Assembly (NCBI GenBank): GCA_951406725.2
Contig: OX597830.1
Coordinates: forward strand, 65,472,001-65,536,000
Length of the DNA stretch: 64,000 nt
Direction of reading: 5' to 3'
DNA from: Octopus vulgaris
Lineage: Eukaryota
A model generated the notes under the pieces. It was given only the letters and a program-made list of their open reading frames with translations, ran no database searches and was not told where the DNA came from. Each line of letters starts with the position of its first letter. Position 1 is the stretch's first letter. Positions 1 through 10,575 of the stretch are shown here, piece after piece. A program made the position numbers and the translations under genes.

Positions 1-345
1 CACAGCCAGCACCTGTATACAAGCCACATTTGTAGCTCTGCATCTGAGTGTGTGTGTGTGTGTGTGTGTGAAGGTTATATGTATGAATCTATCTTTTTCT
101 TTTAATTTTTTTTACTTATTTTCAGTTATTAGACTGTGGCCATACTGGGGTACCACCATGAAAACTTTTTAGCCGAAAGGATTTGAGCCCAATAATTTTT
201 GTTTTTTTTAAAGCCTGGTACTTATTCTATCGATATCTTTTGCCAAACTGCTAAGTTACAGGAATGTAAATACACCAAGACTGGTTGTCAAACAGTGATG
301 GGGAACAAACACAGATGCAAAGACACACACACATGTCATCGTCAT

Positions 346-411
<66 letters not shown>

Positions 412-412
412 T

Positions 413-707
413 GTGGAGGTGCAATGGCCCAGTGGTTAGGGCAGCGAACTCGTGGTCGTAGGATCACGGTTTCGATTCCCAGACAGGGTGTTGTGAATGT
501 TTATTGAGTGAAAACACCTAAAAAGCTCCACGAGGCTCCGGCAGGGGGTGGTGATCCCTGCTCTACTCTTTCACCACTCTTTCTACTGTTGGCCTGCTCA
601 CTTAGCCAGCGGGGTGGTGTCATTCGAAGGCTAAAACAATGCAAACGCATTGTGACCAGCGATGTGTAACAACATCTGATGGTCTGGTCGGTCACGTGAT
701 CACGTGA
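413..707 (+). mobile_element. tRNA-headed SINE, body D with tail type 0
   Basis: Head gtggaggtgcaatggcccagtggttaggg...ggtttcgattccc carries Pol III A/B boxes; body shared with 24461-24846 and 53193-53515; ends in (tcacgtga)2. Confidence 0.85.
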
Positions 708-711
708 CATT

Positions 712-763
<52 letters not shown>

Positions 764-765
<2 letters not shown>

Positions 766-926
766 CAGCCGAAATTGCGAGGATAATCTGGTGCTTGACT
801 GAGGAAAGAAAACTCCAAATGACCCGTCCTTGTTTTCTTTGTATCATCTGTCTGGATGTTTTGTTGTCCCTTTTTGTATCACCTAGCTGTCCGGATGTTT
901 TGTGTTCTTGTCCCATTTTGTATTTT
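764..926. mobile_element. Unclassified dispersed repeat flanked by (TA)n; longer copy at ~40990-41302
   Basis: aatcagccgaaattgcgagg...gttcttgtcccattttgtatttta aligns with 41141-41302. Confidence 0.7.
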
Positions 927-1311
927 ATATATCTATATATATACATAAATGTGTGTATTTTCCCCTTAAACATCAACACGGAAAAAATAGATAAATAGTT
1001 ACCAGGGTAGCAAAAAATGTTTTATTGACGAGTTTCATTTCTTCATTTTGTTGAAGAGAAGATTACATTGTTTTACACCATTTTGTTCTTTTGGAATAAT
1101 ACCAGTGATATCTTCAAAACATCTGTCGGAAGTAAAAGAATTTGAATAACACCTGCGTTTAACTCCATTTATATATATATATACAACGGGCATCTTTCAG
1201 TTTCCAGCTATCAAATCCATTCACTAGGCTTTGGTCAGCTCGAGGCTATGGCAGAAGACGCCTGCCCAAGGTGCCACACAGTGGGACTAAACCTGATACC
1301 ATAAGTTCATC

Positions 1312-1650
1312 AGAATCTCTTTGACTGTATCTTTTCCTGCATTGAGAACATGTATCCAGTCTTTCCTCTCTTTCAGTCATCATTCTCATTGACTTGAAAA
1401 CTCCCAATATCATAGCACCTTCACTCATTGTCCACAGATACTGGGCAGGGGCTGATTCCTTTGTGGTTTTCGTCTCTTTACACCAACTTGTTTCATTCCC
1501 TTCTCACCTTCCAGATCGACACACTAACACCCTAAATGTTCTTAATCTCTTTCTCACCTCCAAACCTAATTTATCCCTAACTGTAACTGTCTTTGCACTT
1601 ATCAGATCATCCGCCCATACTTTGTCACAATTTCCCAGCACACAATCTCC
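1312..1650 (+). mobile_element. Decayed LINE APE-endonuclease fragment (CR1/Jockey/L2 supergroup)
   Basis: LFDCIFSCIE..SVIILIDL (degenerate GDFN region) and SLHQLVSFPSHLPDRHTNTLNVLNLFLTSKP..LIRSSAH, resembling LEQLV..PTRIPDR..NILDLFLTS..LGSSDH. Confidence 0.7.
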
Positions 1651-2284
1651 TACTCACCATTACATTCAACAGTCCCTGTTCTTGACGTAGCTTCATTCCT
1701 TCCTAACTTTTTTCAAATGAGTGTTATCCAAGAACAACCTAGAGACCACTCGGGTAACTTGCATTGGTTCCCTAAACTGAGACTTTAAGAGTGTTCTCCA
1801 TTGGAACCATACCATCTTGCCTCTCTTAATAGCAAAAACCTCAAGCACTTCTCGTATCAAGAAAACACTACTGCTCTTCCCCCAAACATGATTCACTCTC
1901 AGCTAGAGCCCTCAAAGTTGTACCAAATACTCAATCTCATTATAATTTTCCTAGCAAAAGCACATCCTTAACAAAGTTAGGCCTACTTCTGCCAGAAAAA
2001 TATTTCAAACCCCAACAATCATTGATGCTCTACAGAGCCCAAGGGAGCCTCCTCATCCAGTGAAGGGCCTCAACCGATTGTCATTAAATCGCATACACAC
2101 ACATTTTCATACTTTAGCTTCCGGTCTGCAAGCCTGCTGCCTCCCTTCTCTGTCTTTCTTATCTCTACTACAATGTGCTCTGTTCCTCAGAGCTTGCTTG
2201 TCTTGTGCTTCCTTCACTCAAGCACTACAACTTACTCATGTCTCCATCTGTCATTACCCTGTCTCCAACCCCCTGGCCTAGGGT

Positions 2285-2606
2285 AAAAACCCCCTTCAAT
2301 CATGAATGACCATGGGTTGCACCTAGAAAGTTACTCTCCGAGGCACAAGTCCAGACAAGGTTGTTTATGGAAGACCAGCAGTTGCCCATGCATACCAGCT
2401 ACACCTTTCCACGCCACCAATGTCATCCAAGGGAAAGGCAAAGGTTGACACAGCTTGGCACCTGTGACGTCGCAACTCATTTCTACAGCTGAATGAACTG
2501 GAGCAACGTGAAATAAAGTGTCTTGCTCAAGAACACAACACATAGCCTAGCCCAGGAATTGAACTCACTACCTCATGATTGTGAGCCAGATGCTCTAACC
2601 CCTGAG
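2285..2606 (-). mobile_element. tRNA-headed SINE, body E (CORE-like) with tail type 3
   Basis: Reverse strand reads a tRNA-like head, then tgtgttcttgagcaagacactttatttcacgttgctccag (shared with 17876 and 19668), then a distinct 3' module. Confidence 0.8.
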
Positions 2607-2722
2607 ACCTAGTCCTTTCTCAGAGGTCAGAGGTCCAGCTAAGATCAGAAGTAATGTCCCTCTCTCCAGAACCAGGAAATAAAACGTGTACACCTGTCTA
2701 TATACATATATATATGCACACA

Positions 2723-2756
<34 letters not shown>

Positions 2757-3127
2757 TGTGTGCATGTGTGTGTGTTCATATGTCTGTATGTACATATTCA
2801 CACACTTACATGCACATGCATGTAATGTAGAATAGGGGGAAACAAATCAATATAGATCAATATTGATTCATACACCAAACCATGGTAACAAAAGAAACTA
2901 ATATGATTTCTTTCTTTGACAAATACACACACACACACGCATGCACACACACACACACACACGCATGCACACACACACACACATGCATGCACACACACAC
3001 ACACACACATGCAATAGGCCAGAACATACTGTATAAACAATCAAATTACAATCGTATGTTACATATATGTGTGTATATACATGTATATGTATCAATAATA
3101 CATACCTGTATATATATATATATATTC

Positions 3128-3161
<34 letters not shown>

Positions 3162-3554
3162 ACATACGTATAGGCATGTCTATGTATATGTATACCTATA
3201 TATATAAATGCATGTGTGTGGTACTGTGTCTTTCAAAACTAGACTGTACTTCTAAGCTTGTTAGTACATGGAGACATACTCTTCTGAAACCTTAAACTAC
3301 AGAACACACACCTCACTAAAGAGATCAGGTAAGGCATGACATTTTAATTCAAACATAGGAGAAAAGACAGACTGTTTATCTGCCGGCAAGCAGGTGTCGT
3401 AGAGTGGCTGGGTAATTTTGGAATGTAAATAAAAGCCATCTTGTCAATTAAACTTTATCACAAGTATTAAAGAAACAAAAAAAAAAGTAATTTATGACAT
3501 ATCCTAAAGAAACCAAAAAAAAAAGAATAAAGAAAAGAAATATCAAAATAGAAA

Positions 3555-3813
3555 TAACTCTTTCTGTTGTTGGCACAAAGCCTGAAATTTGAAGAAGGGT
3601 CTAAGTTGATTACATGGACCCCCAGTGCTTGACTGGTACCTATTTCATGAACCTCTGAAAGGATAAAAAAAAGCCTAGTCAACCTTAATGACTGCAATGA
3701 TTAATGATTAATACAATTAATAATTTATCATCTCCAACTTTTAATGTCCATTCTTTCATGCTAGCGTATGTTGGATGGTTTGATTGGATGTGATGGGCCA
3801 GAGGGTTGCATCA

Positions 3814-3848
<35 letters not shown>

Positions 3849-4025
3849 AATTATTGTATACAGTGCTCAGGTGCACCACAACTTGTCAAAAGTGCATATA
3901 AAGCATATGCAGTAATGATAAAAAAAAGCCTAGTCAACCTCAGTAGAATTTGAACTCCGAATGATAAGCTGGAAGGTATGCTGTTGGGCATTTTGTCAGG
4001 CGCAGTAATGATTCTGCCTGCTCAT
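3555..4025 (-). mobile_element. Old SINE family B, interrupted by a templated insertion
   Basis: ggcacaaagcctgaaattt...ctggtacc...gaaagg...agtcaacctcagtagaatttgaactc matches B in reverse. Confidence 0.7.
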
Positions 4026-4651
4026 CAAAATCTCAAAGCTACAAAATAATGCATGATTAACTTAAAGCAATGTGAATAAATAGATATTACTTTTGACAGA
4101 ATAATGAGAATGATAAAGGGTTTAATAATCATCCTCAGTAATTGATTCGTAGTTGTATTTATTGATTCTAGTTGGGTGAAATATAATGTTGACCTTTGCG
4201 AGATTTGAACTGAGTATGTAAAAAAATATATGTAAATACTTCAAAGTGATTCTAGGACAACTGTCTCCAAATAATTATTGACCTCTGGGCAATTTTCCTG
4301 ATTAAGAGTAAATTAAGAAAAAGCACAAGTGTGTGGGTGCAAGTAAATATTAGTTAAACTAATTAAAGTTTTATATCATGTTTCATCTAATATCAAATAA
4401 GAAGAATTATCAAATAATAGGATTTATTCTTAGGTCACTATAATTATCCCTCTGAAATTGCTAACTGTGGACCGTACACAAATACAATAATTAATAGCGG
4501 CAACAATTGATAATTGCAAAAAATTAATGACTACAATGATTAATGATTAATACAATTAATAATTTATCATCACCAACTTTTAATGTCCATCTTTCATGCT
4601 AGCGTATGTTGGATGGTTTGATTGGATGTGATGGGCCAGAGGGTTGCATCA

Positions 4652-5118
4652 AATAATAATAATAATAATAATAATAATGAAATTATTGTATACAGTGCTC
4701 ATGTGCACCACAACTTGTCAAAAGTGCATATAAAGCATATGCAGTAATGTACAAATGTCTGGAAAGTGAACAGTGTATGAGTCAGATACATGCTTACATG
4801 TGTATGGAGGGGAGAAAATCAGGTGTAGTGTTGGTGAATCTCAGGAAGCATGGAAGTTTTGAAGGATGCAGTGCTCCGACAACTAACAACTGATGCCGGC
4901 AGTTTGTTCCATGCTTCAGCAACTCTTAGCGTGAAAAAGTGTTTCCGAAAGTCATGGGAGCTGTGCTGTTTTCTGACTTTGTAAACATGTCCACAGGTGT
5001 GAGACAGGTGGAGTTTGAAAAGGTGCTCAGAGTTATTGTTAGTAAGATGGTTGATAATTTTATGGGTGTCTGCCAAGTCAGCTGCCAGACGTCGGAGTTT
5101 CAATGTATCCATGCCCAG
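4652..5118 (-). mobile_element. 5'-truncated CR1-clade LINE 3' end with (TTA)n tail, inserted in an old repeat-C copy
   Basis: ORF 4819-5112 LKLRRLAADLADTHKII...TCGHVYKVRKQHSSHDFRKHFFTLRVAEAWNKLPASVV is a typical CR1 ORF2 C-terminus; the flanks join into a repeat-C sequence. Confidence 0.9.
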
Positions 5119-5178
5119 TGTCTGTTGGATGCTTTTCCTATACCAACCATTTTACAGAGTTCAGAGTGGGAGTGCTTA

Positions 5179-5582
5179 GCAGTGATGTGTATAAAAGCAA
5201 TGTTATTCACTAGTTCAAATATGTTTCTGGTACATTCGAACCCATAAGCAGGTTGTGTGTTGTTCACTGTGTTTTGTCAAGGAGATAATTTCTCACTGTA
5301 GACAAATGGTGTAAATATACCTAAATCAGCTCACAGCACCACCTACCCAGACTGTGTTATGTTAGCATTTCAGAGTGTGTTTCTGTGACTGAAGCTGATA
5401 TAACCACTCACAGTCTGGGCAGGTGGTCCTGTGAGCTTATTTAATTGTATTTACACCTGTTTGTTAACAGTGAAAAATTTTCTCCATGACGAAACACAGT
5501 GAATAACTTGTTTATGTGTTTGAATGTACCACAAACATATTTGAACTGGTAAATAAAATTGCATTTATACACTTCACTGCTT
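5179..5582. mobile_element. Fold-back (palindromic) non-autonomous DNA element, family H
   Basis: ~175-bp imperfect inverted arms (gcagtgatgtgtataaa...cccagactgtg / cacagtctggg...tttatacacttcactgc) around a ~50-bp spacer. Confidence 0.8.
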
Positions 5583-5627
5583 TCGATCATGAGCTGAATG
5601 TCCCTAACTGCTAAGTCACGTGCCTTC

Positions 5628-6208
5628 ACTTCTGTCAAATGTAATGCTTCTTTATTCATTGTTTTGAATTAATCATGCATTATCTTGTAGTTTTGAGGTT
5701 TCAGCAATATGATTACCTGTTTTTAGACTGACATTGAAGTGTAGGTGTGACAGGCTAGATCTGACCAGTTTTAACTTAAAACAGGTGAAATATTTGGACC
5801 TGATATCATCATCATCATCATCATCACCGTTTAATGTTCATTTTCCATGCTAGCATGGGTTGGATGATTTGACTGAAGACTGGCGAACCAGATGGCTGCA
5901 CCAAGCTCAAATCTGATCTGGCAGAGTTTCTACAGCTGTATGCCCTTCCTAATGCCAACCACTCTGAGCGTGTAGTGGGTGCTTTTACGTGCCACCGGCA
6001 TGAGGGCCAGTCAGGTGATGCTGGCAATGGCCACGCTCAAATAGTATTTTTTATGTGCCACCTGCACAGGAGCCAGTTCAGTGGCACTGGCAACGACCTC
6101 GCTCAAATGTTTTTTCATGTGCCAGTATGGCGATACTGGTAATGATCACGCTCGAATGGTGCTTTTTACATGCCACCAGCATGACTAGTTTAAATGCTAA
6201 AGAGTTAA
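5628..6208 (+). mobile_element. piggyBac-like MITE family F interrupted by repeat C (5806-6180, minus strand)
   Basis: F sequence resumes as tttaaatgctaaagagttaa after C; C has a (CAT)n end and tandem units. Confidence 0.7.
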
Positions 6209-6940
6209 AGTATGATAAGAGAGACAGGAACAGGGGTCTTGTTTCAGAGGAGATATACATGACTTCCAAAACTGAAAAGGGAGAAATGATGGTGGCAATG
6301 ACGTGTCAGCATAAGCCTCAAGGCACAAGAAGATAAACATAGGATTATTAATATTTATTTGCACCTCTCCTCACTCCAATCCCCGTTATTGGGATTTCCA
6401 GGACGCAATTATCAGAGGTTAGTTATACCCTCCAAAGTATCTTGTTCAACATTCAACTGATGTTTCCAGTCCACTACCAATAAAATAAATTCTACAATAA
6501 AGCAATATTGATGTCCTTTACAAACCCAGTTCTACACTCAAAAGTGCTGTACACACCTGTAAAACACAAAAATGCACCTGTTGATGCAGCAGAAATATAA
6601 ACAAAACTATTGAAAACGTAATGAAAATTTTTTAAAAATTGGGGTTAAGAGATAATATGGAGATAATAAACTGTTGATTCCATCCAGGGAATTTTATATT
6701 TTCAGCACAGAAGAATAGAGCTTAAGTACATGCATTGCAATGTTGGTTAAGAAGTTTTCAGGTTCAATCTCGTGCTTCATTACCCCCCTTCGACTAGACC
6801 TTAAGTAAATGTGTTCTACCATAGCTTCAGGTTGGCCAAGGACTTGAGAGTTAAACTTAGTAGATGGAAACTGTGTGAAAGCTTAGCAAAGGAATGATTT
6901 TTGTTCTTGGCCCAAGAATGTTCTTATTTCTTTTTGTGGC

Positions 6941-7360
6941 CGAGGCGGCGCTGGCAACGGCCATGTTTGGATGGTGGCACATAAAAAGCACCATCCGAAC
7001 TTGGCCGTTGCCAGCACCGCCTCGACTGGCTTCTGTGCCAGTGGCACATAAAAAGCACCATCCGAACGTGGCTGATGGCAGCACCGCCTTGGCTGGCTTC
7101 CATGCCGGTGGCACGTTAAATGCACCAACCGATCGTGGCCGATGCCAGACCCCCCCTGGCACCTGTGCAGGTGGCACGTAAAAAGCACCCACTACACTCG
7201 CGGAGTGGTTGGTGTTAGGAAGGGCATCCAGCTGTAGAAACACTGCCAGATCAGACTGGGGGGCCTGGTGCAGCCCCTGGCTTCCCAGACCCCGGTCGAA
7301 CCGTCCAACCTGTGCTAGCGCGGAAAACGGACGTTAAACGATGATGATGATGATGATGAT
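6941..7360 (+). mobile_element. Repeat C: head-less retroposon with tandem 63-67 bp units and (GAT)n tail
   Basis: Units carrying ggtggcacgtaaaaagcacc, then ggttggtgttaggaagggcatccagctgtagaaac...ggacgttaaacgatgatgat; about 20 copies or fragments in the window. Confidence 0.9.
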
Positions 7361-7384
7361 ATGTCAAATGTCTACATCTGATTC

Positions 7385-7434
7385 AGGACTGATGATGTCT
7401 GTTGAGGCAGAAACACTTGGCCATAGCTGTTCCT
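7385..7434 (+). ncRNA. Hammerhead-ribozyme-like motif (type I, probably inactive relic)
   Basis: agga-CTGATGA-tgtct(gttg)aggca-GAAA-ca...tg-T-tcct; the cleavage-site nucleotide appears to be missing. Confidence 0.5.
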
Positions 7435-7439
7435 CACAT

Positions 7440-7819
7440 CTATCTTTTAATCTTTAATCTTTTAATTGTTTCAGTCATTTGACTGCGGCCATGCTGGAGC
7501 ACCGCCTTTAGTCGAGCAACTCGACCCCGGGACTTATTCTTTGTAAGCCCAGTACTTATTCTCTCGGTCTCTTTTTGCCGAACCGCTAAGTAATGGGGAC
7601 GCAAACACACCAGCAATGCTAGGGGGACAGACACAGACACAGAAACATGCACACATATATATATACACATATATACGACGGGCTTCTTTCAGTTTCCGTC
7701 TACCAAATCCACTCACAAGGCTTTGGTCGGCCCGAGGCTATAGTAGAAGACACTTGCCCAAGGTGCCACGCAGTGGGACTGAACCCGGAACCATGTGGTT
7801 GGTAGGCAAGCTACTTACC
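7440..7819 (-). mobile_element. SINE family A, young near-full copy
   Basis: Close reverse match to 46058-46470. Confidence 0.9.
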
Positions 7820-8346
7820 GAAAACAAAGATTTCATTTTCACTCAGCATGTTAATCCAACCATGAACTTATTCTTAATTTTTTTTTTTTGTTCAAATTGT
7901 CTCTTTCTTCTCATTCAAAATTGTTAACAATCACTGTTGGGTTTTTGTTTACTTTCTCTAACTGAAATTTTAATATATTAAGAATTTAAAGTTTACCCTA
8001 CATTCTGTATACCTTCCTGCCAACTTGCATTTAATATAGAATGTATTACACCCACAACTGCAAAGAAAGGACTGAGGAAAGAAAGAAAGAAAGAAAAAGA
8101 AAGAGGGAGAGAGAGATTTGATTTAAGTGAGACACAGCTGGTGGTGGCGGAGAACAATGAAGTTTAGGTGAATTATGAGAGGTAAAAAAAAAACATTAGT
8201 TGGGGGGTAGGGTGTGTTGTGAAGGGAAGATAAAGAACTTGTGTGGTTGGGTGGGGCGGAAGAGTTTCAAGTCCACAATTCTATTTGAAAATACTATTGT
8301 GAATAAGGAAAGGTATATGTGTGCATGTGTGTGTTGTATTGTATTG

Positions 8347-8385
<39 letters not shown>

Positions 8386-9701
8386 CAGACAGACAGACAG
8401 AGAGGGAGAGATCCAAAATTTCAAACCTGAAGGCCAAGTTAACACAATAAGCATATATATGTATGAAGATATACATACACACGCAAGCTGGTCTTTTTTT
8501 TGTGAAAGGGGTTTTGTTTGTGTTTTTTTTTTGTTTGTTTCCTATGAGATAAAATTCATTATGTCAAGGTCTGTTCTGTATTTGAGAGAGTTAGGTAAGA
8601 TATAGTTTTTTTGTCCAACTCTAAAAATCCAAACCCACTTCCTCCTCCGTCTCCTCCTCCTCTTTCTCTCCCCTCTGATATTTAGTTTCTTTCCGATAAC
8701 CATAGGGTCATGAGTTTTAATCCCCGGACCAGGTGACATGTTCTTTGTTAACTAGGCCTTCAGGTTTGAAATGCGCGTACTCTCTCTCTCTCATTCTCTC
8801 TCTCTCTCTCATACAATACAATACATACACACATACACACGCATACTCTACATGCTTCATTTAACATTGTTTCCATCTCTACTCGGCTGTAAATGAAACC
8901 CAGCCAAGAACTGGTGCAACTTTATCTGCCTCAAGCTGTTACATCTTCCGTGTTCTACTTGGTCAAAGTTATTATATTATGATACTATTAAAAATCCTTA
9001 CAACTAAGAGCACAAGGCCTAAATATTTTGGGAGAGGGAGTCAGTTGGTTACATTGACACCAGTATTCAACTGGTATTTATTTTATTGATACCAAAAGGA
9101 TGAAAAGCAAAAATCAAACCTCAGCAAAATGATAATCAGACCATGGCATAAGTTTGTTAATCCGGTAATCGTTAATTAATGAAGCTAACATTTCTGTTAA
9201 CAATGTAACTTTTAAGTTAACTTTGGAAATCATTATCAGACTAATTAACCTCCACTATATAAGCTTCCGTTAACTCAAGTCCATTAACCCTAAGATTTCA
9301 TAAAAACCAGTAAATGTTTAAAAGTTTCTATTGGTTTCAGCTTGTCTTAGCATATTTAATATTGTACATGTCATTCTTTCAACCCCAATATAATGCCACT
9401 TATTATAAATAAGTTGTAGGACCTCGTTTGGCCCTGCCTGGATTTGAAACCAAATCCACCCGCTTGTTGCTTGCAAAGACAGCAGGAAATTTGTTTGTCC
9501 TGTCAAGAGGGAACAGCGTTTGATGTATTTCCACTTGATCCATGACCTCACTGAGGTGGATGTCAACAGAGAAAATATTGACTTCCATGAAGTGGAAAAA
9601 ATAAAGGGAAGGAAAGAAATTGGTAAATATTTCGGTGTGGGGGCCTGCTAGAAAAAGGAGCTGTTTACATGTGATCTTGATGTCACTTTCATTGAAAGCA
9701 T

Positions 9702-9997
9702 CATCATCATCATTGTTCGACCATGGTCGAGACAATGGAATTTACTATGTTACGCCAGACTTCACGGTCCATCATAGCATTACAGAGGTCCTGTTGCTGG
9801 ATGCCTGTATCCCTGGAGATTACATCAGGGTAGGAGAGTGTGCGCCCTCTGGTATTGCGAGTAGATGGCTTCCAGAGGAGAAGAGTAGAAATTACTTCTT
9901 TTTCAGCTCTAAAACAATGTCCAGCAAACTGGACTCTCCTACCTTTCACAAGAGATGACACAGGTGGTAATTTCCCATATATTTGCATTTTGGTTGG
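9702..9997 (-). mobile_element. 5'-truncated RTE-group LINE 3' end with (GAT)n tail
   Basis: PTKMQIYGKLPPVSSLVKGRRVQFAGHCFRAEKEVISTLLLWKP...YPDVISRDTG...AMMDREVWR; 11-bp TSD attgaaagcat at 9691-9701 and 9998-10008. Confidence 0.9.
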
Positions 9998-10294
9998 ATT
10001 GAAAGCATGCAAAATAACCTGGAAAAGAAAAAAAGACCCATGAAACAAAACTAACTTGGTGGAAAACTTTGAGGTCCCCACTACCCCTTCCACTTTCCTT
10101 TTCTGGAAAAAAGTGGCTTGTGGCAGGTTTTGGAGCTCAAATGCATTGAATACACCTGAAAAAACTGTGGAAACAAATTATTCCACACCAAGGTACAAAA
10201 TATTTTCCGAAAGAATAAAATCTTGTACCGATTGTATTTGTATTTTAATTAATTCAAATTAATGTACCTCATCTTGAAAAACAGCAAAATATTT

Positions 10295-10575
10295 GTTGGT
10301 TGCCATCGGGGATAACTTTAGTAATAAATTAAACAGGTAAGACACATTAAGAATTTCAATTTTAGTGTTTATCCATAATGTTATTCCTTTTACACCTGTT
10401 TATTAAGTTTACCTACCCATAAAATTCAAATTTACTCAGCAAGATCAGCTAAAATTACATAAGTATAAACTGGTGGTATATAAAGCACCCACTGACAAAA
10501 TTTCGAATCTGTATGTAAAAAATTTACAAAGTTACAAGCAAATATTGTGGACACTCCTCTTGAACTTGAATAATT
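10295..10575. mobile_element. Unclassified AT-rich dispersed repeat; inverted homologue at 55948-56218
   Basis: caaagttacaagcaaatattgtgga...cttgaacttgaataa is the reverse complement of ttattcaggttcaag...tccacaatatttgcttgtaactttg. Confidence 0.7.

Larger units (their letters stand above)
110..1302 (-). mobile_element. SINE family A, split (3' part 110-335, 5' part 1183-1302) by insertions in its internal (TA)n
   Basis: Both parts match the near-intact copy at 46058-46470 in reverse. Confidence 0.8.

Noticed and set aside
795-832. CTGAGGA...GTC hammerhead-like string (also 41177-41208)
   Set aside because: The two copies imply GAAC rather than GAAA, and no stem I can be drawn
1693-2280. Coding-like stretch on the minus strand next to the endonuclease relic
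   Set aside because: Multiple stops in all frames examined and no recognisable motif
6973-7189. CRISPR-like periodicity (constant ~20-mer plus variable ~45-mer)
   Set aside because: The apparent spacers are homologous to each other, the context is eukaryotic and there are no cas genes; these are tandem units of repeat C
8561-8600. MSRSVLYLREL with a strong TAG|GTAAGA donor
   Set aside because: Phase 1, so incompatible with direct coding splicing to 55683; no other support, although a non-coding exon is not excluded
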